Counted from the stretch's first letter, positions 36,353-51,700 are shown. The stretch: 64,000 nucleotides of DNA from Heterodontus francisci (GCF_036365525.1 NC_090416.1:14790945-14854944); one strand, 5' to 3'. Numbers and translations: made by a program. Notes: generated from the sequence alone by a model not told the origin.

Positions 36353-38430
36353 ACCCCTGCAAGCAACTGCGATCTCAAGTTCTGTTACCGGCTGATTGCA
36401 TTGAATCAATAATGAATTATCAGTCAGATGAGAGACTGAGCGTTACAGGACCCACTGGAGGGTCTGAACGGCTGACAGAAGCAGCGCATTTCCGAAAACT
36501 GAAATTTAAGCTTTCAGTTCAATCTCAACACGTTTCTTCTTGCTTGTGTTAGCATTTTATTTAGTTCATTGTGCATCTTTGTATCGCACGTGCGTAGGAT
36601 ATAATTCCAATAATATTTACAAGTTAAATGTGCAATAAAACAGGTTTTGAAACCCGAGCAGTGCGTTTGGGATTCCAGATGTTTAATTGTTCTACCAGAT
36701 GTGCTCAGTGTCGCTCTTCGGCCAATTCAGACTACACCTGTACAGAACAAATCATGCGGTTTAAAAGAGGGGGTATGCCGACAAGAATAATACCAGGATT
36801 GCGAGTTTATAACTGTCAGGCATGATTGAACATACTGGGGGTCTTTTCTATAGAAAAGAGAAGGCTGAGGGGTGACCTGATAGAGGTCTTTAAAATTATG
36901 AAAGGATTTGACAGTGCTAACGTAGAGATGGTTCCACTGACAGGACAGGAACTAGAGGGAATCAAAATAAAACAGTCACTAATAAATTCAATGGGGAATT
37001 CAGGAGAAACGTCTTTCCCCAGAGAGTGGTGAGAATGCCACAGGGAGTGGTTGAGGGCAATAGCAAAGATGCATTTAAGGGGAAGCTGGATAAACACATG
37101 AGGGAGAAAGGAATAGAAGGATATGGTAATAGGGTGAAATGAAGAGGCGGTGGGAGGACGCTCGTGTGGAGCAGTAACACCAGCACGGAGCATATGGGCC
37201 AAATGGTCTGTTTTCTGTGCTGTAAAGAAATTTTAACTTTGTAAAGAGAACACACGGGCAGTTCCTGGAAGCGGTTTGCTGGTGATGTGAATTATTTGCA
37301 TCAATAACACAATCCACTCCTCACATCAGAAACACAATTTAAATTTAAGAGTAAAATTCAAATAATGTTTCACTGAGATGATGTGATATATTTCAGTTAC
37401 ACCTTCAATTTCACAAACATTACAAAGTTGAGTTTGAGATAGTCGTTGTGATGATTAATGAATTTATGAGTTTGCTGCAAGAATTGTAACTCCATCCATC
37501 CCTTAATAGTCTTTCCAAACAAAAGAGGGAATGGACACCAGCCTGAAAATCATTTCTGGGGAGAAAGTTTCAGATTTTCGCTCTCCTTTGCGTGAAGAAG
37601 TGCTTCCTGACATCATCCCTGAAAGGCCTGGCTCGAATTTGAAGGTTTTGTCCCCTTGTTCTGGACTCCACCCACCAGAGGAAATAACTTCTCTCTCTCT
37701 ACGCTATCAAATCAGTTAATTCCCTTAAACACCTCAATCAGATCACCCCTTAATCTTCTTCACTCGATTGAATACAAGCCTATTCCTTGCAACCTATATT
37801 CATATTTTAACCCTTTCTGCCCCAATATTGTCCTGGTGAATTTAGATCCAATTTATATAACCATAGAATACAATCTAAATTCACATGAAAAAGAACTCAA
37901 TTGTTAAGAGCTCACTCAAATCCTCAAGAGATTTATTGGACAGTTTCTGGGAGATGGATATTGATAGAGTCTTGGCACGGAAATATTTGTACTGCTCCTG
38001 AATCTCATCGTGTTGTATCTGCTGATTCTAGAGTAATCAGAACGGGAAGACTTAGACTGATCTGACTCTGATGGGTAAAGCACTATAACCACACATGGTG
38101 TAATTCCCTATCTGACTGAATATCTTATCGCAAAGCTGTGCAAAGCTGGGATGAGAAAAATAGCAATTAGAGATGGAAAAAGCCCAAACTCCATTCGGAT
38201 CGCCTTCTCCCATCCAGGTAGTCATATAAATGCAACGAAAATGGGGTTGCTATGGAAATACATCTCGACTAATGAGTCCACAACAGTCCCAGACATGAGG
38301 TGAGGGAAAACGCAGTGGTGGAGAGCTTTGGGAAGCCAAGCTCCAAAGTCACCTGTTCTTCTCAAACACACTAAACTCACCGTATGTCTCTGACATGTAG
38401 CTATAAAACTACATCGAGTCATAAAGTCAG

Positions 38431-38560
38431 AGAGAGATACAGTACTGAAACAGGCCCTTCGGCCCACCGGGTCCTTGTTGACCAACAACCACCCATTTAT
38501 ACTAATCCTACATTAATCCCATATTCCCTAACACATCCCACACTAGGGGCAATTTACACA
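38431..38560 (-). mobile_element. 3' fragment of V-SINE
   Basis: gaaacaggcccttcggcccacc..cacccatttatactaatcctac matches the SINE tail. Confidence 0.7.
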
Positions 38561-39176
38561 CCATCCACAGGTAAAATGGAAGCAAACATAATTTCCTGCA
38601 GCTCTGCCCGTGTTTCCCTCCTGATGTGATCTTATTCTGTAAATGAATAAACCCATCACATCCCTGACAGGGAAACTAGCCACTAACAGTGTCTCCATCC
38701 AGGACTGATACTGTCTGTTCAACAGGAATTGAAGTTCCATCCAGATGACATTTAATTCTAAGCTTATTATTGATCAATACAAACCTATGGTGCATTGTTA
38801 TAGTCGAAGCGTAATTTATTTTATTTACATATAGGCGTTAACCACTAAACAAAGTCCTGTCAGTGACTGGAGCTACAGGATCAGCAGAAAAGCCTCAGAG
38901 AAACTCAAACAGGAAAACCCCTGATTCTTTGCTTAATGTTCTTGCGCACTTGAATTACACTAACACAGTCAAACATCCTTAACAATAATCAACACCCGTT
39001 ATTTTACATCTCGCAAACGGAGCCGGACAGTCTTTGTAAACCCTGGCCAGTGCACGGATACAGTTTAGGTATTTGATGGGAGTTTCCTTGGCTCTATTCT
39101 TATTTCCGCAAGGCTCTGGGTTCTTTTGCAAATCCTGTCTCCTCCATAATTCACCGGATAGAAACCATCCGGGTTC

Positions 39177-42100
39177 TCATCTGCGACCCGCCTTCTTTTT
39201 TGTTTTCTTTTCCAATGCAGCAAACTCCAGGGAGGCGTAGATTGGTCCGCCCTGAGACTGGAAAATATATTACACATTAACATTCAAAGATAGTCCAAGA
39301 CAGGTCAAACTATCTCGATTTATCTGTGAAACCACCGTTGGTCTGGTCTTATTCTAAATCTTCAGAGTAATTCCAGCGGATAATGCATGAGAACATTCCC
39401 TGGTTGGGTGGGGGTTTGGAGGAAAACGGGAGGCGGGGGAAGGGAGACTAATCTCACTGTAGAGATAAACAGAATGAAAACAGTAGAAAGCTGGAAATCT
39501 GAAATAGAAACAGCAACTACTGGAAATCCGCAGTAAAGTGTGACGGAGGCATTACACCGAGATGATTAACCTGCCCTTTCCATTATCAGATGGGGAGAGA
39601 GCTGTGGGATATGACCTGTTTCTAGTTGGAGATACGAGTGGGTTTGGATACAGATGAAGATGCTCCAGACTGTGACCTGCTCTGTTAACCATGTGAAATA
39701 AACAGCATGAGACATGTGACACCTTACCCTAAAAAATCAACTTCCTGTATATTATGCAAACAATTTCACTGAGCTTACCTGTTTTGCACCCTGATGTGTT
39801 CGCCTCGCCTCTGTTTGTCGATTGCCATCTGTGTATTAATGATTAAGATATGAAGTGAAATATTATCTCTGTCTGGATAATCCATAATTAATTCTAGAGG
39901 CACAGTGCGCCAGTGGTCCGCAACCATACCAATTTTCGCCAATACACAAATGATTCCCCAATCCGCCAATAATCGACTATTACACCAATGCTCCCTAATA
40001 CACCAATGATTCCCCAATTCGCCAATGATCCGCCACTAACCAATGGTCCCGAATACACCAATGGTTCCCCAATTCGCCAATGATCCGCCACTAACCAATG
40101 GTCCCGAATACACCAATGGTTCCCCAATGCGCCAATGTTTCCCAACATGCCAATGGTCCCAATTACTTCAATGTTCCTCTAAAATGTCAATGGTACTCCA
40201 ATACGCCAATGATGCTCCAGTGAACCAATGGTCCTCATTACTTCAATGTTTCACCAAGACACCAATGATCCTCCAATGCACCAATGGTCCCCATTACTTC
40301 AGTGTTCCATCAAGATGTCAATGATCTCCCAATACGTCAATGATCCTCATTACTTCACTGTTCCTCAAACGCCAATGGTCCCCAATACGCCAATAGATGG
40401 ACTCGAACGATCTCCCACAATAGAGGTTGTCCGCCCTCCATTGTTCATCTGATACATTGCTGCCAGTTTTAATAATCGATAATTAGAGTTTTTTGTCCGA
40501 TCCACAGACAGGAACACGATTTAGAACATTCTGATGGCGGGAAAAGGACTTATTTGATCCCTTAGATTTCCCGCCTTTGATATTCAATCTACACTAACAT
40601 TTCAATCCAACTCACCCGATCGTCGCTGATTCCTTTCCCCTCTTTGCGTTCTCTCTCTCAAGCTAAAACTGTATGCGAACAAAAACATCAAACAAGTGTT
40701 ACTTCTTTTAAATGCTGGGTCAAGTGCTATAAATAGAATCAATCTCAAAAGAATGCAGAAAATATAAACATATACCATTGGAATGGTTGTTGGGGTTTAA
40801 CTGGCTTTGACACAGTGTTAAACACAGTAAGGCCGTTAATGATGAATTTTACAAATGGTTCAGTTACTCACTTTTCATTGTGGCCTCTCCTGACTCGTTC
40901 TTCTGAAACAATAAACTGTAATTAGCATTTCAAACTGCGAGAAGGGAATCACATTGAACAATTATTAAAATATCCCTAGTAGACATTAATTCCTCACCTG
41001 ATCTGCCTCTTTTATGAATCCAAATGGAAATGAGGATCAAGAATAGAACCAGGATCACGGCTCCGGTTATGGCGGCGGGAAGGATCAGCTTGCACGGTTC
41101 TACAGAAACAAAACACTTAGAAACTGCTGCTCGGTTAAAAGTCATTGTTTTCTTGGATTCTCTGATGGGAAACCTGACCCAGTTATAATCTCGCGGTGTG
41201 AAATGAAAAAAATAACCGCCAATGGGACCGATATTCCGTGAGTGAAGGCATAGAATGGAATAAATGGCACAATGTTTGATAGTTGAGATCATGTGACAGA
41301 CAGCATTGTCAGTATTACCCCATAATGATAATGTACCACTATTCTAAAACATCAAGCCAATCTTTTATTTGAAAAATGAGCCATGGAATCAGACAGCACA
41401 GGAGGAGGCAATTCGGCCCATCGTGCCTATGCTGACCCTTTGAAAGATCTATCCAATTAGTTCCAGTACACCCCAACTCTTTCCTCCACAGTCCTGTGAA
41501 TGTTATCCCTACAAGTATTTATCCATTTCCCTTTTGAAAGTTACTATTGAAACTGCTTCCACCGCCCTTTCAGGCAGCGCGTTCCAGATCACAACAACTC
41601 ACTGCGTAAAATAACATATTCTTACCTCCCCCTCTGGTTCTTTTACCAATTATCTTAGATCTGTGTCCTCTGGTTACCGACCTTCCTGCCAGTGGAATCA
41701 GTTTCTTCTTATTTACTCTATCAAAACCCTTCATGATTTTGAATACCTCTATTACATCTCCTCTTAACCTTCTCTGCTGTAATGTGAACAATCCAAACTT
41801 CTCCAGTCTCTCCACATTAACTGAAGTCCCTCATCCCTGGGATCATGGTAATATATCTCCTCTGTCTTGAGACTTTTGAAATCCTAAAGTGTGGTGCCCA
41901 GAATTGAACACAATCTTCCAGCTGGGGCCTGACCAGTGATATATAAAGTATAACTTTCTCTTGTGCTCGATTCCTCTATTAATGAAGCCAAGGATCCAAT
42001 ATGTCATTTAACAGCCATTTCAACTTGTCCCTGTCAGCTTCAAAGATTTATGTCCATGCACCCATGTGCTTTATCAGTGTTAAACTCGAACACTTTCTAA

Positions 42101-43889
42101 CAAAATCAATTTCAGGGAAGTCTCATATCCTGAGTTTAATGTTATATCCCATTGCTGAAATCACAAAGCAAAGTTAAAATTACGTCAGTTTTACGAGGAA
42201 ACTGGAGATTGATAAGGGAGGTTCCTGGAAACGATAAAGGAAACGGGTGGAAATGAGAAAGCATCTCATCCCAGCAGACGCGTCCATTTTACCAACAATT
42301 CCATATCTTCACTGCTTTCTGCTCGTAAAACGGGTTCAGTGTAGAATTTAACACAAATCCACTCCAAGATCCACTTCCTGAAAGGGCGGTGGTAGTAGAT
42401 TCAATCATAACTTTCAGAAGGGAATCGGATTATTACTGGAAGGGATAATTTTTCAGGGCTATGGGGAAAGGGTGGGACTGATTAAATAGCTCTTTCAAAG
42501 GACCGGCACAGGCACGATGGGCCGAATGGGATCTTTCTGCTCTTTCATTCTATTATTCCAAGATGACACACACAAATCTAAACTCACCCGAGAAAGTATT
42601 TCCAAGAACAGATCTCCATCTGGGACAGAGAATAACCGTAACTTCTTTCAACTTATTTGAACAGACTGAACACACTATTTGTCCTGATATATTTCTATAT
42701 GTATGTTTATCCCGTGCAGATGTTTGATTTACAGACTGCAGGCGCTTAGAAGCCAGTGAACTCCTCCAACTGACGCTAAAGCTGAAGACAAGCCTTCATT
42801 GTACAAATCACCAACTCACCTGACACTGCTTTGGAGATGGACACGCTCTTTGTCCAGGATTTGCCCGGAGACCCCAGTTCAGCAATACAAGTACAGACAC
42901 CGCCGCTTCTCCAGTTTTCCCCCGACACCATTACATGACTTCTGATGCTGTAGGTGCCGTCCGGCTGCATTGTACCGGAATCGCTCCGTCCCTCGGTGAG
43001 CTGGCCGGAAATGTTCCAGAAAATAACAATCTGCTTGGAGGAAACGCCACTGACCAAACACACGAAGGGGACGGTTTCCCTCAGATGTATCTCACCCGGC
43101 GGGACAAATACCAGCAGCGCCGTCTTGTTAGTGGAACTGTCTGGACACAGATTGAGACACAGTTAACGATTAATTTTCACCAAATTATAATGCTGTGCAT
43201 GATCTAGATTCAATTTGCTCACTCTCTTACCTCCAACCAGTAGTTTGGATCCATTCTGGAGCGGTGCATAGCCATCCCTATAAGCACAGTAGTAGGACCC
43301 GGAGTCATTCACCTGGACATTGTGAATTTTCAGTATCAATTCATACTTGCTGTTGCCTTTTTTAGAAATAAATTTACAGTCGGTCCCATCACAGGGTGGA
43401 ATATCGATTAGTCTCGGGGCTTCACCCACAAGTTGCTTGTACCAGAAATAGCTCGTCACCAATATCACTTCGTAAGTTTGGTTACAGGTTAGTTCCACCG
43501 TATGGCCGACTTCAGCTGTCACTGTGAAGGGACTCTGAGACAGAAAGGGCCCGGATCCTGCAACTACAGAGATTATTGTAACATTACAGCTGATTATTGA
43601 GAGATGGAAAGAAGCCGCTTTGAAACACATCGCCTGGGATTGAAGAACAACCTCATTATTTCTTTTAGATTTTGTTGGCTTTATTTAATCTTCAATTTTC
43701 CTTTTCTTCACTTTATAAGAGTAGCAGAAAGTAAACTAATATTATCAGGCCCAATCCCTTCACCGGATAACTCGGCGCATCATCACCGCAATAAACACTG
43801 AGTCTGGCTGATTCCATTTCAGAATCTCACTCACCGTAAACCCGGAGCACTTGGAAAATGATCATCAGAGAAAAAGCTTCTCTGAGCAT
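39177..43889 (-). CDS. Type A non-rearranging VJ-C1-TM Ig-superfamily receptor, copy A2 (341 aa)
   Basis: Exons: leader 43889-43835 (MLREAFSLMIIFQVLRVY), V 43563-43231, C1 43140-42820, TM 41099-40998, cytoplasmic 40902-40872, 40668-40616, 39828-39779 and 39257-39177 (SQGGPIYASLEFAALEKKTKKKAGRR*). All GT-AG, same lengths and phases as A1, no stops. Confidence 0.85.
39905..40400. repeat. Expanded CCAATG-based minisatellite in A2
   Basis: Same degenerate unit, with a near-exact internal duplication (..ccccaattcgccaatgatccgccactaaccaatggtcccgaatacaccaatggtt.. twice). Confidence 0.8.
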
Positions 43890-46716
43890 CCTGAGGCCGG
43901 AGCCGGGGTGAGTTCTCCCCGTGCTCGCTCTCAACAGTTTGTTTGTGCAGGCGGAGTGGGCGCCGATTGACCTGAGCCCAGTCACAGTGAGTTGCGCCTC
44001 TTCAGATGCGGTGGAAAGTGTGACGAGCTATGGAAAGTATGACACCATTTTCGGTGCAGGGTCCTGGTGGATCTCACGTCTCAGACATTTGACCCACTGT
44101 GGTCAGCGCCTGCGCGTCACATCGGCCAATTGGCAGAATGGCTATAAAAAGCTTTGCTGGATTGTCCTCCAGACTGGGTGGCAGAAAGCTAATGGTATTA
44201 ATTTCAGCATTTATCATTCTGTTAAATATTATTTTTGCAGTTAATGCTTAATTCATACCCGGGGGCCAGGTGTCGATGGCATTTATTGCCCATCACCAGT
44301 TGCCCCTTGTGAAGGTGATGGTGAGCTGCCTTCCAGAACCATGGCAGTGATCAAGGTATATCACAGTGCTGTTAGGAAGGGAGTTCCAGCATTTTGACCC
44401 AGCGACAGTGAAGGAACGGCGATATATTTCCAAGTCAGGATTGTGTGTGACTTGGAGGGGAACTTGAATGTGTTGGTGTTCCCATGCATCTGCTGCCCTT
44501 GTCCTTCTAGTTTGTGGAGGTCACGGGTCTGAGGCGTGAAAGCCAGGAGTACAGAATGTAATCCAATATAGTTTATTCTGTGAAGAGGTTGTACAACATC
44601 CTTGAAATAGCTGTTTGCACCGAGACTGGAAACTGATGGATGAAGCTGTGCTACTGGTCTGTTATTACTCACAACACTGGAGAGACGGAGAGTTAACGCG
44701 GAATTCTAATGGGACAAACATGTTCATTCACTGCACTTTTCTAGAATCTGAATGAATGATTCTCTTTTAAATTCAGGCCGACCATTTGAACATTCCATGC
44801 ATCTCCCTCCTTTCTGTTAAGTCTCATTGATTTGGTTTCCACAGACTGCATCTATGGTAGAAATCGCCAGTGAGGTTTCACCAGTATTAAATGTTCTGAA
44901 TTCATTGTATAATTCTATTTACTAATGGTTTGTGGATGGACTCGGAAAAGGCAGTTTCAAACACGGATGGTAATGTTACACAGTATATTTTAATCTTGGG
45001 GTGTTTGCAACTGTTCACTGCACAGTTATGACTTCTTTGCAATAGATGTTCAGCTCCTTTGATGTTACAGTACAACAACTGCTACAACAACAATAACAAC
45101 TTATATTTATAAGAATCACATAGAATTTTACAGCACAGAAGCGGGCCTCACGGACCATCGCTGTTGGCTATGCTCCACACTAGCCTACTCCCACCGCCTC
45201 TTCATTTCACCCTATCAGCATATCCTTCTTTTCCTTCCTCCCTCATGTGTTTATCCAGCTTCCCCTTCAATGTATCTCTGCTATTCCCCTCAACAATTCC
45301 ATGTGAAAGCGAGTTCCACATTCTCACCACTCTTTGGGTAAATCCTGTAGTCACCATTGGATTTATTAGTGTCTATCTTATATTGATGACCCCTAGTTCT
45401 GGTCTCTCCCACAAGTGGAAACATTTTCTCTACCTCTACCGTCTACCTTCTTGAACACTTAAAGAATTTAGAGACCTCTATCAGGTCATCTCTCAGCCTT
45501 CTCTTTTCTCGAGGAAAGATCCACAGTCTTTTTAATCTTTCCTGACAAATGTAACCTTTTAGTTCTTGTATCATTCTCGTAAATATTGTCTTTTCCTTCT
45601 CCTGTGCCTCAATATCATTATTTATAATATGGGAGCCGGAACTGTGCTCAGTCCGTCCAAGTGTGGTCTAAGCAAGGTTCTATATAAGAACATCACTTCT
45701 CTGCCTTTCAATGATATTCCTCTCGAAGTGAATCCCAGGGCTTTGTTCGCACTTTTTCCAATAAAGATCACAAACAATTACATCAAAGGGGGTTTGCTTT
45801 ACAATTGTTTACAGCGAATGAATGAACCAGGCGTTTGATCAGCAGCAACAACAGGCCAGCACCTGAGGCTTGTCTTTACCGGGCTTGTATTTAGACCCTG
45901 GACCGAGGTCACACTCCACATTCCACGGACGGTTGGTTGAGTGAGTTCACTGTTAAATAACCCTGGCAGAATCGGGTCACAGCATCCAGCGGTGTTTGAG
46001 GCTGAGTCACTCAGCAGTTTATCTTCTCACCGGAATGGGACCATTTTATTCCTTTGATTTACATTGCGTCTTCCTGAACATTTAATTTGAAAGCGTTTCT
46101 TCAGGAGGAAAGAACAATTTGATAGAACAACATCTTTTGATGAAAGCAATTGTCTAGTAGTTTATTGTTATTCATTCTTGGAATGTGGGCGTCAGTTATC
46201 ACGCCAGAATTTATTGCTCATCCCTCAGTGCCCTTGAGAAGGTGGCGGTGAGCTGCAGTACTTGCACTGTTGTTAGGGAGGGAGTTCCAGGATTTGGACC
46301 CAGTGACAGTGAAGGAACGGCGATGCAGTTCCAAGTCATAATGATGTGTGACTTTGAGGGGAACTTGCAGGAGGTCTATGCACCCACTGGCCTTGTACTT
46401 CCTGTAGGTGTAAGCCTGGGCGCGTTGTTGCAGTGTTGCTTGCATGTGACAGTACACACTGCAGCCCCAATGGGCCGGCGATGGATGGAATGGATCTTTA
46501 GTGAATGATACTGAGGATCAGTTATTCCTATCCAAACACCGGGCTTTGCAGCTAAACAGGGTGCGGTGTGACATGGAAGAGAACACTGTAAGTGAGGTTA
46601 CTGTACACCAGTCTGCTCTCTGAACCTGGGTGATTTAACACTGTGCGGTTTAACACTGAGTCTCGCTGTTTGACCTTTGCAGGCAGTTGTGTACGTGAGC
46701 GCCAGACCTGTAAAAA

Positions 46717-48730
46717 CAGGAAAACCACAGAGAGCTTCCACCTCGGATATTATTTTCCAGCTCAATCACAAGTTAGTATGAAATTGGGCCAGCGACTTCC
46801 ACCACTCGCTGCACTTTGCACATCTCGTCGAAGGCTGCCCCAGCAGAATGGGTCTTTGTGAGGTTCACAGCAAGCGCTGTGGTCACAGGCAATGCGCCTC
46901 TTTGATGCCAGCACCCTCTCTGTTTCAAGGTACCCGACTCGCTTCTTTGTCATTTAAGGTCAAACCTTTCTGCAATAACATTTCAGACGTTCAGTAAGTT
47001 ACAACATTGTGCGCTCAATTCAGAACCAGTTCTACCAGTAATAAATTCTGCCACGCGCTTAAAATATATATTAATGTAACTTGCAGTTTCCAGCCGGCAT
47101 CATTCTTCTGAAGATGTCAAACCTTGACATGGGTTCCACAGGAGTCTTCCAGATAATTACAGGGAATTTACAGCACGAGTCTGATGCTCCGATTTTCTAA
47201 CTGGATCAAGGTTCCCATCAGAGAATCCCAGGAAAGAGAGGTTTGATTGAGCAGCAGTTGCTAAGTTTGTTTGTAGAGATGGTGCATTCTGACACTACCT
47301 GTCGCCATAACCATCGCGGTGATCCTGGTTCTACTCTTGATTCTCATTTCCATTTAGATTCAGAAAAGCTGCAGTTCAGGTAAGAATTAATGTTTATCAG
47401 TGTCAATTTAATCATCGTTCCCAGTCTCACTGTATTTAACACTTTGCCAAACCCAGTTAAACCCCAGCACACATTCCAATGGCGAAGATCTTTTAATATT
47501 TTCCACGTTCTTTTAATACTGATTTTAATATCTTCAACATACATTAATCCACAGTGCAATCCCAGCAGTTAGTGTTTATATTCGAGATATCCATATCTTG
47601 AAGTTTTTAAATCTGTACTGGTGGACGCGATTCCCCCAGTGGGGATGCTGCTTTTACTATCTTAGCCTCAAAAATCATTAAAATAAGGCAGAAATGAGAC
47701 GACATTCCTGGATAATTGTGATGCGAATTCCAAGCACATTCCTAAATGGTTTCCATCATAAGTCGTTATTCAAAATGTAAGCAGTTGTTTATTTGTGTGT
47801 ATCTTTGTGTTCATACATGTGCACGTCTGTGTGTTTATCTGTGTGAGTGCGTGTGTGTCTGTGTTTGGGTAGCCTCTATTTATTCTTGGGATGTGGGTGT
47901 CGCTGGCAAGACCAGCAGTTATTCCCCATTCCTAATTGCCCTTGAGAAGTTGGTGGTGAGCCGCCTCCAAGAACTGCTGCAGACCATGTGGTGCGGGTAC
48001 ACCCACAGTTCAGTTAGGGAGGCAGTTCCAGGATTTTGACTCAGCGACAATGAAGGAACGGCCGATATATTGGCAGGATTTCCAAGTCAGGGTGATATGT
48101 GACTTGGAGAGGAACTTGCAGGTGGTAGTGTTCCCCTGCGTTCGCTGCTCTTGTCCGTCTACACGTAATTGCATGTGTTTATTATGCTTGTGTGCGTGTA
48201 GATGTCTGTGTACCTGTGTCTGTGTGTCATAACGAGACGCTGTCTCTACCTGTCTACAGAACTAAACAGCGAGCTTGACACCCCTTACCACTAACCGTCC
48301 TATCCAATCATGCTCCAGACACACAAGACTATGGCTTGCAGCTAGGGGCACCATAGAGGCGGATTCTACTCCCTGTCACCAATATCCAGAGTCCACAATC
48401 CAGAGTTCTTCCCCATGACCCTGCAACCACTGACGCTGGCATATGAGGAAATGTCTGGATTGGTTGGACGTTTATACCAATCAAACAGTCCTGTTGCCTG
48501 AGTCGATATTTTGATTTGAAGGGTTTTGATTTGAGGTATTTTATGATTTATATTCGTCTCCTGTTGTCTATAAACAGTAAGATACGTGCTTTATGGTTAA
48601 CAAGTAAACTGATATAAACACGATTTAAATATCGACATATATTCTTAATATATTTCCAGGCTCGGTGCACCCCGTGTGAACAGACTGTTAAACAGGCTTG
48701 AACTCAAGTGGTTTCCATCAGATTTACAAA
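46717..48730 (+). pseudogene. Remnant D2 (duplicate of D1)
   Basis: Promoter motif at 46717, leader-like 46892-46929, TM remnant about 47277-47379 with the same TAG (47355-47357), last-exon remnant from about 48660. Confidence 0.62.
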
Positions 48731-51700
48731 GGGATCCATTGCCGGCGGAAACAGTTATTTAACTCTGCGATGTTGAACAACGGAGACACTCAACACACAC
48801 CTGAACTATCTTAAACAAAGGTGGTTAAGATGTTTAAAAGATTCAATAGGGTGGATAGAGAGAAATTATTTCCTTATATAAAAGCAAAATACTGCAAATG
48901 CTGGAAATCTGAAACACGAACAAGAAATGCTGGAAAAACTCAGCAGGTCTGGCAGCATCTGTGAAGAGAGAAGCAGAGTTAATGTTTCAGCTCAGTGACC
49001 TGATGAAGGGCCAGTTTCCTGAAACGTTGACTCAACTATTTCCTCTGGTTGGGGGGAGACAGATCAAGGGGGCAGAACCTTAAAAGTAGAGCCAGGCCGT
49101 TCAGGGGTGATGTCAGGAAGCACTTCTTCACATAACGGGGAGTGGAAATCTGGAACTCTCTCCCCCAAAAAGCTGTTGAGGCCGGGGCACAATTGGAAGT
49201 TTCCAAATTGATATTAATAGATTATGGTTGGCTCAGGGGATGAAATGTTACAGAATCACGGAATTTGAATGGAGTTAAAGATACAGACCAGCCACGATCA
49301 AACTGAATACAGGAACTGCCCTGAGGGGTGTTTCTTATATATGTTAAATACATGTTCAAAGATCTCACCTGCGAGTTGACCTGCAGCTCACTCAGAGAAG
49401 AACCTGATTTGAGTAGATATTGCTGTCGGCCGCTAGGGGCGCTCTATCTCTAGTTTCCATGCAGCGTCCCTTAAACCCAGGGTCCGTCAATCGCTTCACT
49501 GTGCATTGCCTAAACAGCGACTAACATTGACCTATCAATTTCCCTTAGACTAATTAATTAAACAGGACTGATTGATTTACCGGATAGTAAATCTGCTTGA
49601 TTCTTGAGAGATCTTGTTGCGCCCGTTCTATCTCTAAAATGAATGCTCGTGGAACCGTGTTCTTTCCCAGAGTATAGTCGTGAGTTACACTGCCATCGGA
49701 TTTAAAAACACTGCACATCCCGGTATCAGCAGTGGCTCAGTTACCACTTGAGTCAGAAGGTTGTGAGTTCCAGTCCCAGTCCAGATCTCAGGATGTCTCA
49801 AAATACTTTACATCGAATGAAGTACTTTGGAAGTACGTCACTCTTGTAATTTAGGACACTCTGCCACCAAATTGGGCACAGCAAGCTTCCACAAACAACA
49901 AAGTTCGAATTACCAGATGCTTTAGTGATGTTGGTTGTGGAAATAACATTGAGCAGGCCAGCCCTGCTCTTCTTCAAAAGAGTGCATGAGTTATTTTACG
50001 TCTGAGGGGTCTCGGATTGACGTCTCATCCGAAAACCGACACCTCCGACAATACGGCACTCCCTCAGTACTGCACTGTGTCTGTCAGCCTATATTGGTGC
50101 GCAAGCCTCTGGAGTTGGAACAGAATCCACAATCCTCTGACTCAGAGCTGAGTAGAGGAGGTTGTTATATTCTCTAAATGCTGAAATGAACACTCTCCGA
50201 ACAGAATTGTCAACCACAAGGCCAAATAAGGAGGGAAAATCCTCCGCTGAACCAACCAGCAACTGGCCATTCCTGGGAAGACGTGAACACCTTGGATAAT
50301 ACCTGGGAATTAAATCCAATGCACAATAAAATTGTACAGACGGTATCTGCACATGTGTGTTTCAACATAACATACACCTTGCGGATTAGAGTCGCACACA
50401 CTTATTCTGTTCCAGAATAAAATGAATTCCAGTGCTGACACATTATAATACAAAGACATTTACTCGCATTAAATTGCATCTGGCATTGGTTTGACCATTT
50501 CACCTTTCTGTACATCTCATCCTGAGTCTGCTACTATTATGCTGACTATTTATTGCATTGTCAAATTTCGCATCATTCGTAAACAGCGAAATTGTACTCC
50601 CTCCAGCAAAGTCATATATATATTCCTAATCCGATGCCCTGGAGGACCCCACTGCATACTTCCCTCCAGTCAGAGAAAGCATCTGTTCATCACCACACTC
50701 TGCCTCCTATCCCTTAGCTAATTTCAGTGCCCAGGTTACCAGCGTGCCTTTAATACCATGTGCTTCTATTTGCTGAATAAATCTGTTATGAGGTACTTTC
50801 TCAAATATATAATATATATGCATAAATTTCATATATCATAAATGAATTGCATGGTTATTTGGATGGAAAAATATCAGGTCTCTGAGGAAATGGGAGTGTG
50901 ACTAGTTTACACAGGACCATCACTGACACGATGGGCCGAATGCCCTCATTCTGTGCTGTAACCATTCTGTGCTCCTATAACAACCAAAGCACGGCCTTCA
51001 CCAAACATTTTTGCCACTCATTCAGAAACTCAGCGGTCTGGATTTTATCAAATGACATGAAGTCCCAACACCAGAGTCATTTGCGGGTCACGTGGCCGCG
51101 CGGGTGGGTGGCGGGACCTCCGTGGCGATCTTCCCCGAAAGAAGGTCTGGCTGGAGGTGGCCGAGAAAGTCTAAAGCTGCGGGGTGGTCAGCCAAATATG
51201 GATGCAGTGCTGGAAGCGCTTCAATGACCCAGTGAGGCCTGGCAAGGTACGTGGCATGCATGATGGCAAGGTGGCAGCCTTGAATGTCTTATATGGCGGC
51301 CACGAGATGTGAGGCAGGATGAAAGGCCCAAGCACAGGGAGTCTCCAAGAACCACTGTGTGCAGTGAGCCACAGTGACCTCTAACAATGTAGATGGAGGA
51401 GGAAGCGATGGAGATTGGTTGGGTGGCAGCAGGTCAGCCTGTCGCAGGGGGTTGAGGTGGGTGTGGAGCCCAGACAGAGTGAGAACAGCGATGGTCATGG
51501 TGCCAAACCTTTCACTAGTGTTTGCAGTGATGTCTCTGTGGCCCTTGATAACAATATGTGGCTTTGGATTCCCGACAGGCAGGAGGATGTGGGTGGATAT
51601 GGAGGTTTTTAACACCACTCTCAGCTCTCCTGCAGGACCAGTGGTCGATGAGATGCCAGCGAGGGCATCGGAGCCAGCACTTGGTGTTTGGAATCAGCTG

